A stretch of 64,000 nt of DNA from Octopus vulgaris. Its lineage: Eukaryota. The notes below the pieces were generated by a model. The model was not told where the DNA came from, searched no databases, and worked only from the letters and a program-made list of their open reading frames with translations. Positions 15,760 to 30,732 of the stretch are shown here, piece by piece. The position numbers and the translations under genes were made by a program. Positions within the stretch are counted from its first letter, which is position 1, and each line of letters starts with the position of its first letter. The stretch spans positions 1 to 64,000 of the forward strand of contig CATOCA020000008.1 of the NCBI GenBank assembly GCA_951406725.2, read 5' to 3'.

Positions 15760-17625
15760 TCTGATCTCCATCTCTTGTGAGTATGCCAGGCACTTTACAC
15801 CATCTCTATCCTGCTGTCTCCTACTCTCCCTTGCAATCATCTCTCTTGCACACTACATCTGATGCCTCTTCTTCTTAATTTTTCTCTCAAGATGCTTACA
15901 CTCTCTCAAACCTTTACACTGACATTGCACATCCAGCAAAGCGTACTGGCTTCATTTCTTTCAAGCCTACTCATGTCCCTTGGCTGTCATAGCCCATGTT
16001 TCACTGACATGTAGCATAGCTGTTTGCACACAGTCATTATACAATCTGCCTTTCACTCTGAGAGAGAGGCCCTTTGTTGCCAGCAGATGTAGGAGCTCTC
16101 TGAACTTGGCCCATCCTATTCTTATTCTCACAGCTACACACTTGGAGCATTCACCTCCACTACTAACTTGACCACCTAGATAAAAGCTATCTATTACCAC
16201 CTCTAGCTTGCCTCCCTGGCAGTTGATGGAGTCTATTTTCTGCACATTTTCAGAATTTATTGTACCTGTGCATTTTCCACATACAAAAGCTGGTTTCTCT
16301 ATTAACCTTCCTCTGATATTGCTGCACCTTTTATGTGTCCAAAGCTTACACAAGGTACATCCTACAGATCGAGCAGGGCCATCTACCTGAAGGGATTTGT
16401 GATTTGTTTGCCTTCCTATTTACAAAGACTGGTTTTTCTAGGTTAACTCTAAGGCTCTTTGATTCTAGACCTTGCTTTCATACCGGAACTTCTCTAGTTC
16501 TGGTAGTGATTCGGGTATAAGAGCAAGGTCATCAGCATAGAGGAGCTCCCAGGGGCAACTTGTCTTAAATTCCTCTGTCTGGAGGACTATGATGAATAAG
16601 AAGAGGCTGAGGACCATTCCTTGGTGAACCCCTACTTGTACTCTAATACTTTGCTGTACTTGTTACCACCCCTTGCCTTACTGGTACTGTCCCTGTACAA
16701 GGGTTGTACTGCTCTCGCTAACTACTTGTCTATCTCTGGTTTCCACATTGACCAACAGATAAGGGATCAGAGGATCCTGTCAAAGGCTTCTTCAAGTCAA
16801 CAAAAGCCAAATACAGAGGTTTATCTTTGGCTGTCTCCTAGCTTCCCTTCTGGCTATCTGATACAGTTCTCTGCTACCCACTCTATTTCTCTGCTCTAAT
16901 GGCCCCATCTACAGTATTGTTCCACCACCATATTATTCTAGGTCTGGAGAGGACTTTGCACAAACTACAGATTTGGTCTGTGTCTCTCAACAAGCTGTCC
17001 TGCAGGAAGTCCCAGTTGCCCTCCATGTCACAAGTTTGTAGCCCCTCCTCCTCCCGCTCATCAAATTTCTCAATTAGGATCTCACTAAATCTCTGAGCAC
17101 ATAAAGGATCCTTAAAATTCCAAATCCTTCTTTTCCATATTGGTCTTCTTCTTGGCATCCTTCTGGCCTTGAGTCTAAAGTCACTAATGACTAGTCTATG
17201 CTGGGGGATACATTCTTTACCAGGGAGGGTCTTTGTATTTAAGAATAACCGTGCATCCCACTGCCTGGTGAGAATGTTATCAATCTGGCTAGCGTTGCCA
17301 CCTGATTGGTAGGTTATCAGGTGGCTGGTCAGCTTCCTGAAGTTGGTGTTGCAGATCAATAGGTTATTTGGCGTCACAGGGCTCCAGTAGCCTTGTTCCA
17401 TCTTCGTTTCAGAAACCAATTCTATGCTCCCATGTACACCATGGATGATACCAGGCTGCCACCTGACATGCCCATTGTAATCCCCAGCCACAAAGATGAG
17501 ATCATTGTCACTTGTCTTTGAGGTAGCCTGTAGAAGAATATCATAAAAGTGGTCCTTCTGTTCATTTGGTATGTCTGCTTGTGGGGTGTAGGCAGAGATA
17601 ATTGTAGGTATATAAAAGAAATTAG
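15760..17625 (-). mobile_element. Degraded RTE LINE related to 9679..11945
   Basis: AGDYNGHV, PQHRLV, IWWWN, CKLWTHKRC, RIGWAKFRELL, KGRLY; many frameshifts and deletions. Confidence 0.88.
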
Positions 17626-17662
17626 TTGTGTGTGCAAAAATTGTAAATATTTGATAAATATT

Positions 17663-17700
<38 letters not shown>

Positions 17701-19356
17701 TATGTAAATGTAATTATTTCTGTTGATGTGTTATGTTGAGAGGGTTTTCAGATATTTCCAAGAAACTCCTAAAGTTTAGAGCATTAACCCCCAAATGCCT
17801 TTGAAAGATTTGTCCAGTTTCCCATCATATTATTTAGCTCTGTTGTTAAATAACCACAAACAATGATGAAACTATTTTGTAATTCCAGCACGGACTAATC
17901 TGACACTAAATAAAAAGACCAAATCTGGAACATGTAACTATTTTTTGTACCCTTGTACCCCCAACCATTGTTATATAAATATACGGACCCTGAAACATAT
18001 TGCTTTAATTGTAACCCCATAAATACGACTTGTTAAATGTTTATGCTTTGTGATTCTATAAATGCAACTCTTTAGAAGCCTGTTAAATATAATGTGTTGT
18101 TGCAACAGATGGAGTGCTCCAGCTGGGTGCTGGGACACTATATCAATATCAGTTGATTCTATGAATGGAACAACTGGCTCATGAAATCAACTTGCAAGTT
18201 GCTGAGCACACCACTAAGCCATGCACCTTAATTCTGAGGTATATAGGGCTCTTTGTAAATAGTGTGATCGCATAAATAAAACCTGTTAAATGTAATGTTT
18301 TCTTTAGGACCCACTCAGCCCAATGTTTTTAATACAATTCTATAAATAGTAGGGAATACTAGGGGGTTTGTAGACCAGTCCATCTGCAGAGCTTTACAGC
18401 TTGTTTACCATCACAGGGGCCAGTTGGTAGGGAGCCATGTGTTTCGCTATGGAAGCAGTGGAAGTTGCCTCAAGGTGGATCAGAAAGTGTGAACCTTTGC
18501 AGGGGCAGTGTTACCAAGGGTAGTGCTAATTGGATACAAGGTGGGGTTTGATCAATCCTGGGTGGGTCAGCTGAGTGAAGGTGCCTGATGTTGAAAGACC
18601 TATTACACCTAATGACCCTTGGGAACATACCTGATGATGTGTCCAGGACATTACAAGATTATGTATGGAAAAAAAAAAGTAATCCCTTAAATACAGTACT
18701 TTAAATTTGACCCCTACCCCATTTAAATATAACTCCCTATATGTAATGATCTTTAAACTACAAACCCTCTTTTAATTACTAAATGATTTCTGTCTTCAAC
18801 CCCTTGTTCCCTATTTCTCTTTTCCCCTATTTATAACCCTTTTTTCTCTTTTCAGCCTTTTTATTTTTTGTTATTTTCCTCTTCTTCTTTCTCAAACCTA
18901 CAAATGTTTTGTCCTGTTTCCAACCTTGTTCAACCCATATTCCTTGTTTTTGTGCCATTTTCTAAACAATTTTGATAGAAGAGGCTCAGGACACCTGTTA
19001 CTCAACAAAAGTTTTCTTTTTTTTTCTGTCCCTCCATTCTAAACTATGGATGCACAAAAGAATCATTTGGTTCATAAACAAGATGAGGGAGAAGGGCTAC
19101 AAATGTAAGTGAAGTACAGGAATAATGAGCAGTAAGGGCATCCATAAAATTAATTTTATCAAATACTCTATAGAGTTTCCTGACTATTGAAACACCCATC
19201 TCTTCTGCTGATTTGGTCACCTAGGTAACATAGGTAACCCTTACTACGTGGAAACAGAGTATATTTGATTCTAAGCATGTGCACTCGAGACACAGGAACC
19301 AAGTTAACTCATTTTTGATTTGAAATTCTCTGCAATTCATATGACATAGCACAGAT

Positions 19357-19549
19357 GTTTTGTCCTTACTGGGCCCTAGAAAGAGGTTGCAAGACATTTT
19401 GTCCTTACTGGGCCCTAGAAAGAGCTTGCAAGACGTTTTGTCCTTACTGGGCCCTAGAAAGAGGTTGCAAGACATTTTGTCCTTACTGGGCCCTAGAAAG
19501 AGCTTGCAAGACGTTTTGTCCTTACTAGGCCCTAGAAAGAGGTTGCAAG
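19357..19549. repeat. 39-bp minisatellite, ~5 copies, alternating variants (78-bp higher order)
   Basis: TTTTGTCCTTACTGGGCCCTAGAAAGAG(G/C)TTGCAAGAC(A/G) in tandem. Confidence 0.95.
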
Positions 19550-19579
19550 AAATTGTTTGCACATGATTAACAGGTTACA

Positions 19580-19780
19580 TCTCTGGCAGAATTGTTCGCA
19601 CGCTGGATGAAATGCTTAGCAGTATTTTGCCTGTCACTACGTTCTGAGTTAAAATTCCACTGAGGCTGACTTTGCCGTTCATCCTTTTGGGGTCGATAAA
19701 ATAAGTACCAGTTGAACACTGGGGTCAATGTAATCAACTCATCCCCACTTCCCCCAAGCTGCCCTTGTGGCAAAACAAAA
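19580..19780 (+). mobile_element. SINE copy (family of 57740..58558); related copies at 22050..22250, 22480..22680, 40925..41125(-) and 63720..64000(-)
   Basis: TGGCAGAA..GAAATGCTTAGC..GTTCTGAGTT.AAATTCC..GGGGTCGATAAAATAAGTACCAG. Confidence 0.8.
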
Positions 19781-20448
19781 ATTGATATTATTATTATTAT
19801 TATTATTTCTTTACTTTTTCCTAATTGTTAATGTTTCAATATTTTGTCTTTTTCTTCTTTCAGAGATTAATTCATTCAAACAAAAAAAAAAAAAAGAAAC
19901 TGGAGAAAAATATGTAAAAAAAAGTTGAAGCAAAAAAACAAACACACTTTTATTTGAACATTACCAATGTTATTATTATTATTTTATTTTTACACATTTG
20001 TCAAAAAAAAAAAAGACAGAAAGAAGCAGGAAAAAACTTCAGAGAAATCATGACATTAGAAAATTTTAAAATTTGTGTGTGTGTGCGCACGCGCGTGTGT
20101 GTGCGCGTGCGTGTGTGTGTGTGTGCGCGCGCGTGAGACTAGGTAACTATGTCCATATAGTTTCATTCAATTATTTGAGTTAATATAAAAGAAGCAAATA
20201 GAATACTTCAGTGTTCACCTATAATATACATCCAGTGAGAATCCACATGAAACTATGGTATGGACTTAATACAAGTTACCTACACACACGCAGAGACACC
20301 CTTCCATATACAAAGGCTCTTTACCACAGGGCATATATTATACACTTCAATGCTTACACGTGTAAACTACTCCATATATATGCATATATATATGTATTTA
20401 TATATTTATATGTATATACATATGTATGTGTATGTGTGTATATATATG

Positions 20449-20481
<33 letters not shown>

Positions 20482-21784
20482 GCAGCCTAACAGTCCGGTG
20501 TAAATGGTCTGAAATCTGAAGAAGCTGTGAAATTTTTAATTATTTTTAACACATGCAAATTGGTTGTGCAAGGGAGAGAAGGGAAGGTGGGTGCTACATT
20601 ATCAATGTGAAGAAGAAGGGGTTAGAAGAAGTTTAGATGTGACCCCTACTTGGTTAACTGCAGTCTTGGATTAGTATGAAGGCCTTCAAAATATGTCTGT
20701 CAATGTTATACTCACTCTCTCAGTCTCTCTCACTCATGTATGCATGTGAATATATATATATATGTGTGTGTGTGTGTTTGTATATATCTATGTTTTTGGT
20801 TTTATTCAAAAATTGCATTCTCTCACATAAACTCGATTATGTCCTGCATAATAAATAAAGTGTGCGATTGTTGTGAGGGGAGATGAATGAGAGGACAAAT
20901 GCTGATTTGTATGATTCATATATATGTGTGTGTGTGTGTGTGTGTGTATGTGTGCTTACATATATATATCTGAAACAGCTCAATAATGTATAACATTATC
21001 AGTAAGCCATACTTAATGTGTGTCAGTTGTTAAATGCTTATACCTGCTGTATTTCGTCTAAGTGTGTCCTTTTGAAGTTGCATAGCTATGCCTTCCATTG
21101 ATGTAGACTGTGTTTTTTAACACTGTATGTCTTTAAATGCTGCATATACATATATTAAGTATGTGATAATGATAATACACAGATACATGTACACACACAC
21201 ACATGTATATGATAGATGTATGTATAGATATATATGTATGTATGATGGATGTATATATATATATGTATGTATATATGTATATATACATGTATATATGTAT
21301 GTATAGATGTATGTATGTATATATATATATATATATACATATATATATAACTAAAATGATATTTTTATATATGTATGTATAGATGTATATGTATAAATAT
21401 GTATGCATGAATAGATGTGTGTATGTGTAGAGGTGTGTGTATATATATATTTGTGTATGTGTGTGTATATATATGTATATACATATATATAGCATATGCA
21501 TATATGTGTTTCTATGTATATATAAAATATATAGCAGTGTCTTGCGTGAGCATATGCATTTTTGCTGATATGTATATGTATGTATGTATGCATATAAGTA
21601 TATATGTATGGGTATGTATATAACATGTGCAATAAAAATCATATATATCTATATATAACCTACATGTATATATACTTTTTATAATTGTGTGTATGTATAA
21701 ATAAATGAATGCATGAAAGAGCGACAAAGATGATCACATGACTTTTTCCTGGTTCCATTAAATCTTTTAATCTGTTAATTGTGG

Positions 21785-22015
21785 ATTTTATTATTATTGT
21801 TATTATTATTATTTTATGTTTGTCTTTTGCTTTACATTTGTACAAGTTGGCTCCAAGTCTCACCCAGAGACCTCAAGAGACAACAAGTTGGAAGTTCATG
21901 TTGGTGTTATGCCTAGGGTGCCATATATTTGGTTTTGTACATAGTGTTGTTCTAGAGAATGTTTAAAAAATGATAAGAAAATTGTTTGTTTTAAATATTG
22001 AGATTACATAGAAAT
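21785..22015 (-). mobile_element. Probable LINE 3' UTR remnant with (TAA)n tail
   Basis: Non-repetitive ~200 bp segment bounded by TTA arrays. Family assignment is inference. Confidence 0.35.
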
Positions 22016-22017
22016 TA

Positions 22018-22052
<35 letters not shown>

Positions 22053-22264
22053 GGCAATCTGTCAGAATTGTTACCTCACCAAGCAAAATGCTTCCTGGCA
22101 TTTCGTCCAAGTTCAAATGCTGGTGGTGGCCACCTTTGCCTTTCACCCTTCCATCCAGGGTCACTGAAATAAGTACCAGTTATGTACTGGGGTCGATGTA
22201 ATCGACTAACCCTCTCCCTCAATGTTAGGCCCTGTGTCTATAACAAAAGATTATTATCGTTATC

Positions 22265-22265
22265 C

Positions 22266-22297
<32 letters not shown>

Positions 22298-22445
22298 TGA
22301 TGAAAGCTCAGAGTTTATTTCACTGAGTCTGATCAAAGGTGTCACCTGTCCACTGCCAGCAGACAAAGGTGACACTTGTTTACTGGTCATGCTTCAAGAA
22401 CCGTGCCAAGAATTCTTGCAGTTCCAAGCAATGCTGATTTTTGAA
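22265..22445 (-). mobile_element. R4/Dong-like LINE 3' end with (TAA)n tail
   Basis: Minus strand reads KSALLGTARILGTVLEA*, a typical RLE-type C-terminus, followed by a short UTR and (TAA)n. Confidence 0.65.
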
Positions 22446-23867
22446 GGTGTTTATCTTTATAGTTGTTGTTGTTGTGGTGAGCTGATTGAGTTATTAGCAT
22501 TGCTGGCAAATTGATTTGCAGCATTTCTTCAGGTTCTTTTATATTCTGACTTCAGATATTCTGTCGAGGTAAACTTTGCCTTTCATCTTTTCAGGGTCAA
22601 TAAAATAACTATCACTGGGGTCAATGTAATTGATTTACCCTTCCTAAAATTGCTGGCCTTGTGCCAACATTTGAAACCATTATTGTCGTTATCTTCGTCA
22701 TCATCATCATAGTCGCATCATTCATTAGGCAGAGGATTGACTGGATCAGCACATTAGGTCAATGAAATGAAATAGTAGTTAAGTTCTGGGCTCGATAAAA
22801 CTGACTAACCTCTCCTTCCCTAAACTTTAGTAAAAAAAAAAAAAAGTTGGAACCATTGGTTTCCTGTTGGTGATGAACGTATTTCACCAATTGTTCAGTC
22901 AAAATTATTGATTGATACTGTGCCCAAATTCCTTGCGAGATTATGGGGCAAGATCACGGATGAATCGAGATGCTGAGGTCACCTGTTCAGTTTAGGGTAA
23001 AGGTAATTAAACGAGATTTCAATGATTTTTTTTTTTTCAGTCCAATGGAGATAACCTTTCTGGTCTGAAGTTAAGTGTTACCTCTCATTTTTCAGATACA
23101 GTCCAATAAGCTAAAATGAAATAATCACCGTTTGTGTGTATTTCGTAAATGACTAGTGAAGCATGAATTATACGTGTCTGAATATTAATATAATCACAAA
23201 TGTATATCCAAGGCCGGCCCTAGGGTTGCTAGCACCCCAGGCAAGCTGAACTTCGGCGTGTACAAGCTGACGGTCGTGGAAATTTCTTTATCTTGGCCAC
23301 ACTCCATGGCGTTAGTGTGTGTGAATGTGTGTTTCCTCACCCACCAAATGTGGGTGAGGACATACACACACATATATAGCGACGAGTAATCGCATAAGCA
23401 ATTTCTTTGCACAGAGAGTAAAACTATTATAACTTGTTACTTCAAAGTGATTATCATTAAAAAAAAACTTAAAACACAAAACAAAAACCCACTGGCATCT
23501 AACAGCCACTGCATCTTGTTCAAGCCAGTGTCTTGCTAGAACTTTATAAATTGCGTAGCAAAATAAGTCCTTTCTTTAAACAGGCCACTCCACAACGTTT
23601 TCTACTTAAATTACTCATTTGGTGGCATCATCACAAAATCATTCAAAATAATGGAAAACGAAGAGAAGATAACTAATTATGGAATCATTGAGTTATGTCC
23701 CTTGTTAGCATCATTTATGTGACCTTAGAAAAGAGAAAAAGCATCGACCGTACTGTCTTACATTGGTTTAACTGAAAGCTCGTTTAAGGATTGATTATAT
23801 ACCAGCACATCTGCGCTATAGAACATCGGAGAAAAAATTTACATCTCATCTTTGGTTTCAACATCTA

Positions 23868-25139
23868 CGAGGGACGTTCAATAAGTAATGCCTCTGACCC
23901 ACTTGCAGTTGTTTGATCTAGCTGAAATTTTGCATGTGCAATTATCTATATCTCTATAGATTAAGTGGCAAATTACAGCTCTGAGCTATTTGTGGTTTCT
24001 GATTTACAGGTGTTTGAACTGAGTCAAGTGTGAAATGGAGCCTGTTGAGTGTCGAGCAGTGATCCGGTTTTTGTATTTGAAAGGACGCACACCACAGGAG
24101 ACTTGATGAAATGAAAGTAACTTATGGTGATGATGCCCCATCGTATGACCTTGTAAAACGCTGGCATCGTGAATTCAAACATGGTCGGAACTCTGTGGAA
24201 ACAGCTCCCAGATCTGGTCACCCCTTCTGCCATTGATGAGGCATCTGTCCGTCAAGTTGAGGCTGCCATTTTGGAAGATCGATGCATAACTATTCGCCAA
24301 ATAGCCCATGAGGTCAAGATTAGTACCGGGTCTGTGGAAACTATCATTCATGACCATTTGCATATGCAAAAGGTGTCTGCCAGATGGATTCCCAGGTTGC
24401 TCACACCTTTCCAGAAGCAAGAACGCGTCGAGTGCTCGAGGATGAATTTGGAGATGTGCCAAGAAGATGAGTCAAAATTTTTCAAAAGACTGATTACACA
24501 GGATGAAACCTGGGTCCATCACTATGATTCAGAGACCAAAGTCCAGTCAATGCAGTGGAAGCACCGTGACTCACCTCCTCCAAAGAAGGCAAAGGTGCAG
24601 CCCTCCGCTGGCAAGGTCATGCTCAGTCTTCTGGGACCAGGACGGAGTAGTGATGACAGATTTCCTGGCAAAGGGTACCACAATTACAGGAGCCTATTAT
24701 GCTTCACTTTTGAGGAAATTATGAGAAGCTATCAAAATCAAGAGGTGGGCAAGATCAGCAAAGGCATCCTCCTCCTGCAGGACAACGCTCCGGTTCACAA
24801 CTCGCGTGTCGCCAGATCAGAAGCACAGGCGTGCTGCTATGAACTCCTCCTACGCTCCTGACCTTGCACCCTCTGATTTTCACCTCTTCCCAGCCATGAA
24901 GTTTTTTTTGAAGGGAAAGCATTTCACAGATGATGCAGTCTTGATTTCTAAAGTCACGTCGTGGTTGGAGGACCAAGCTGGGTTCTACAAAAACGGTCTC
25001 CAACGCTGCATCAAACGATGGCAGAAATGCGTAACTCTGGGTGGTTCCTATGTAGAAAAAGACTAATAACTGTGCCAAGTTTCGTTGGTCTACTGCTATG
25101 GGAAGTGGGTCAGGGGCATTACTTATTGAAGGCCCCTCG
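23868..25139 (+). mobile_element. Mariner (DD34D) DNA transposon, full-length (~1.27 kb)
   Basis: TIRs CGAGGGACGTTCAATAAGTAATGCCTCTGACCCACTT and AAGTGGGTCAGGGGCATTACTTATTGAAGGCCCCTCG; TA TSD at 23866-67 and 25140-41. Confidence 0.96.
24035..25066 (+). pseudogene. Mariner transposase, frameshifted
   Basis: MEPVECRAVIRF.., WIPRLL, TQDETW, LQDNAP, YAPDLAPSDFHLF spread over several frames. Confidence 0.93.
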
Positions 25140-26115
25140 TACGACCAGTACCACTGATGATCACTGTGTCGAAATTTCGTCGAAGTGTGTGTGCTTAATA
25201 ACGATCTGACTTAGTTCCACATTACTTTCTAAGTTTCGTGGACTTAGAAAACAAACACGTCATCAAATGTACGGAGGCAGATGAAAAGAAATTAATGGTT
25301 TCTAACCTTCCATTGGTCAGTTCAGGTCACGTGGTTGTTTTTTTTATGCTAGCGACATAAGTTCTTTTATTAGAAGATCCGCAAAGGTGAAACAGACAGG
25401 TTGGCGGTACATAGTTGGCATCGTACAGAGTTTGATGTTTCAGCGACATTAGCATTTTAATTGCACATCAGATGCCAGACCCAACAGAATAACGACCAAA
25501 TGTCCGTATCATCTCCACCATATCACTGGTAGCATCCAATGTAAAAAGCTAATACAATTCTATATATGTACGCACGCACGCACACACACTCACACGTGCA
25601 CACGCACGTACACACACACGCCTGCACGCACGCTACATACAGATTAACTGTACATAAGGCATATGCATCGTGCATTTTCCAGTAGGCTGCGAATTGGCAT
25701 GGTGGAGAATACTCTCTCGAAGCACCGAGTATTAAAAGATTGAAAGTCATGATGGTCAAGCGAAAAAATTCACTCTCAATCCCATCTACTCATCGATGTT
25801 TCATAATTTTTGTGGCTTGTCAACATCATGTATCCGGTCAGGATCGGAGATGAATCATTTCACCATTCCACGACTTATATGCATATAGCGAGCAGATGCA
25901 TCCTCCCGATATTTTAATAACAACAAGGTCCGATAAACGCACGATGCAATACCATGACTGATACAAGCCTGCCTCTTCAATGCTTAAAACCGCATATTTT
26001 ACCAAACATATTTCTTTTAGAATTTTCGCATAAAATTGAGTTGCAAATGCAGATGGCACAAAAACGCATGTAACTTTTTATTAAAGACGTGTTAAAGAAT
26101 ATTGTCTTTTCATTG

Positions 26116-26173
<58 letters not shown>

Positions 26174-26203
26174 ATATATATATATATATATATATATTTG
26201 TAT

Positions 26204-26265
<62 letters not shown>

Positions 26266-26274
26266 ATATATATT

Positions 26275-26317
<43 letters not shown>

Positions 26318-26319
26318 AT

Positions 26320-26374
<55 letters not shown>

Positions 26375-26406
26375 ATATATATTTGTATTATATATATATA
26401 TATTTG

Positions 26407-26551
<145 letters not shown>

Positions 26552-26881
26552 ATATATATATATTTGTATATATATATATATATATATATTTGTATTTTAT
26601 ATATATATATATATTTATATTATATATACATATATATATATTTGTATTTTATATATATATATATATTTGTATTATATATACATATATATATATTTTATTT
26701 TATATATATATATATATATATTTGTATTTTATATATATATATTTTATATATATATATTTGTATTTTATATATATATATATTTTATATATATATATATTTG
26801 TATATATATATATATATTTGTATTTATATATATATATATATATATATTTGTATTTTTTATATATATATATATTTGTATTTG

Positions 26882-27010
<129 letters not shown>

Positions 27011-27455
27011 TTATATATATATATATATATATTTTATTTTATATATTTGTATTTTATATATATATATTTGTATTTATATATATATATATATTTGTATTTA
27101 TATATATAAATATATATATTTGTATTTTATATATATAAATATATATATATGTATTTTATATATATAAATATATATATTTGTATTTTATATATATAAATAT
27201 ATATATGTATTTTATATATATAAATATATATATTTGTATTTTATATATATATATATGTATATATTTGTATTTTATATATATGTATATATTTGTATTTTAT
27301 ATATATATATATTTGTATTTATATATATATATATATATGTAAATATTTGTATTTTATATATATATATATATATTTGTATTTTATATATATATATATTTGT
27401 ATTTTATATATATATATATATGTATTTTTTATATATATATATATATACATATTTG

Positions 27456-27551
<96 letters not shown>

Positions 27552-27577
27552 TTTATATATATATATATATATATATT

Positions 27578-27640
<63 letters not shown>

Positions 27641-27735
27641 GGTCCCGGGTTGAGTCGGGGTTAACCACAGTAAATAAGGTACTCAATACATAGCAGAGTA
27701 AATTAATTTATTTTATAGAAGAAGCGTCTACAGGA

Positions 27736-27782
27736 CTTCCTGATGATTTCTTTTGAATGAAACAGTCCTAGTCCTGTAGAAG
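27736..27782 (+). ncRNA. Minimal type I hammerhead ribozyme
   Basis: CUUC-CUGAUGA-UUUC UUUU GAAU-GAAAC AG UCCUAGUC CU GUA-GAAG. Confidence 0.8.
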
Positions 27783-27807
27783 CTCCTTCTATATATATAT
27801 ATATTTG

Positions 27808-27897
<90 letters not shown>

Positions 27898-27970
27898 ATA
27901 TATATATTTGTATTTTATATATATATATATATTTGTATATATTTTATATATATATATATATATATATTTG

Positions 27971-28016
<46 letters not shown>

Positions 28017-28025
28017 ATATATATT

Positions 28026-28072
<47 letters not shown>

Positions 28073-28102
28073 TTGTATTTTATATATATATATATACATT
28101 TG

Positions 28103-28157
<55 letters not shown>

Positions 28158-28177
28158 ATATATATATATATATATAT

Positions 28178-28396
28178 CTTTCTCTTTTTCTTTCTCTTTT
28201 TACTTGTTTCAGTCATTTGACTGCGGCCATGCTGGAGCACCGCCTTTAGTCGAACAAATCGACCCCGGGACTTATTCTTTGTAAGCCCAGTACTTATTCT
28301 GTCGGTCTCTTTTTACCGAACCGCTAAGTGACGGGGACGTAAACACACCAGCATCGGTTGTCAAGCAATGATAGGGGGACAAACACAGACACACAA

Positions 28397-28437
<41 letters not shown>

Positions 28438-28598
28438 CGACAGGCTTCTTTCAGTTTCCGTCTACCAAATCCACTCACAAGGCATTGGTCGGCCCGGGGC
28501 TATAGCAGAAGACACTTGCCCAAGGTGCCACGCAGTGGGACTGAACCCGGAACCATGAGGTTGGTTAGCAAGCTACTTACCACACAGCCACTCCTGCG

Positions 28599-28600
<2 letters not shown>
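28178..28600 (-). mobile_element. Full-length tRNA-derived SINE inserted in the TA array
   Basis: A box TGGCTGTGTGG, B box GGTTCAGTCC, CORE-like ACCTTGGGCAAGT, internal TA/TG microsatellite, LINE-like 3' hairpin, AG-rich tail. Confidence 0.92.
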
Positions 28601-28641
<41 letters not shown>

Positions 28642-28765
28642 ATTTTATATATATATATATATATTTGTATTTTATATATATATATATATATTTATATATT
28701 TGTATTTTATATATATATATATTTATATATTTGTATTTATATATATATATATATATATATATTTG

Positions 28766-28801
<36 letters not shown>

Positions 28802-28858
28802 ATTTTATATATATATATATATATATATTTGTATTTATATATATATATATATATATTG

Positions 28859-28965
<107 letters not shown>

Positions 28966-28992
28966 ATATATATATATATATATATTTGTATG

Positions 28993-29023
<31 letters not shown>

Positions 29024-29055
29024 ATTTTATATATATATATATATATATATATTTG

Positions 29056-29091
<36 letters not shown>

Positions 29092-29121
29092 ATTTTATAT
29101 ATATATATATATATATATTTG

Positions 29122-29151
<30 letters not shown>

Positions 29152-29159
<8 letters not shown>

Positions 29160-29822
29160 TCAATATAGGGTGGCAAAAAATTTCGTAGAATTTATTTGCC
29201 ACCAGCGGCCTAGTGGGAAAAAATTAAATAGTCATAGACCATTTATAAGTTCAACATCACAATCAAGGAATGGCCATAATAGGCCATTCACCCACTAGAA
29301 ATAACAGCCAAAGCTTCAACCGCAAAATAACATTAATTCCGCAAACCAGGAGAAAATTTAAAAAAACATTTACCCTGCAATTTCTTATACGATGCACCGT
29401 TTCATCTATTGTTTAATGGTAAACTAACCTGATTAAATTAAATCAAGCCAATCTTCCATAGGCCGATAGATTCGTCAGTAAGAAACAGCCAAATTCGAGC
29501 AGATATTATCACGAGGCATCTCTATCCCTGCCTCGGCAATATCTGACCTAAAATTTTCAAATCATCGCACTCGCGCCAAATTTATCGGCAGCAAATATAA
29601 GCCGCCGATTCCATTACGGAATTAACCAGAAAATTCATAATTAATCAATATAGGGTGGCAAAAAAATTTCGTAGAATTTATTTGCCACCAGCGGCCTAGT
29701 GGGAAAAAAATTAAATAGTCATAGACCATTTATAAGTTCATCATCACAATCAAGGAATGGCCATAATAGGCCATTTACCCACTAGAAATAACAGCCAAAG
29801 CTTCAACCGCAAAATAACATTA
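29152..29822 (-). mobile_element. Retrozyme-like / Penelope pLTR partial tandem (~485-bp monomer, ~1.4 copies)
   Basis: Direct repeats at ~29152..29335 and ~29637..29822, hammerhead between them, TA arrays on both sides, no ORF. Confidence 0.8.
29381..29485 (-). ncRNA. Type I hammerhead ribozyme with long stem-loop II
   Basis: UUUCUUA-CUGACGA-AUCUAU...AUAGAU-GAAAC GGUGCAUC GUA-UAAGAAA (7-bp stem I). Confidence 0.88.
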
Positions 29823-29849
29823 TTGTTATAACATAATGTTATAACATAA

Positions 29850-30732
<883 letters not shown>

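Noticed and set aside
19357-19549. CRISPR-like 39-bp repeats
   Set aside because: No unique spacers, no cas genes, eukaryotic context; this is a plain minisatellite
23210-23260. hAT-like terminus AGGCCGGCCCTAGG..CCCCAGGCAAG
   Set aside because: No partner TIR or TSD found
25151-25187. CTGATGA..GAAA..GTC hammerhead-like string beside the mariner
   Set aside because: Stems I and II do not pair convincingly, so it is probably chance
28500-28600. tRNA gene
   Set aside because: A/B boxes belong to a SINE head; no full cloverleaf
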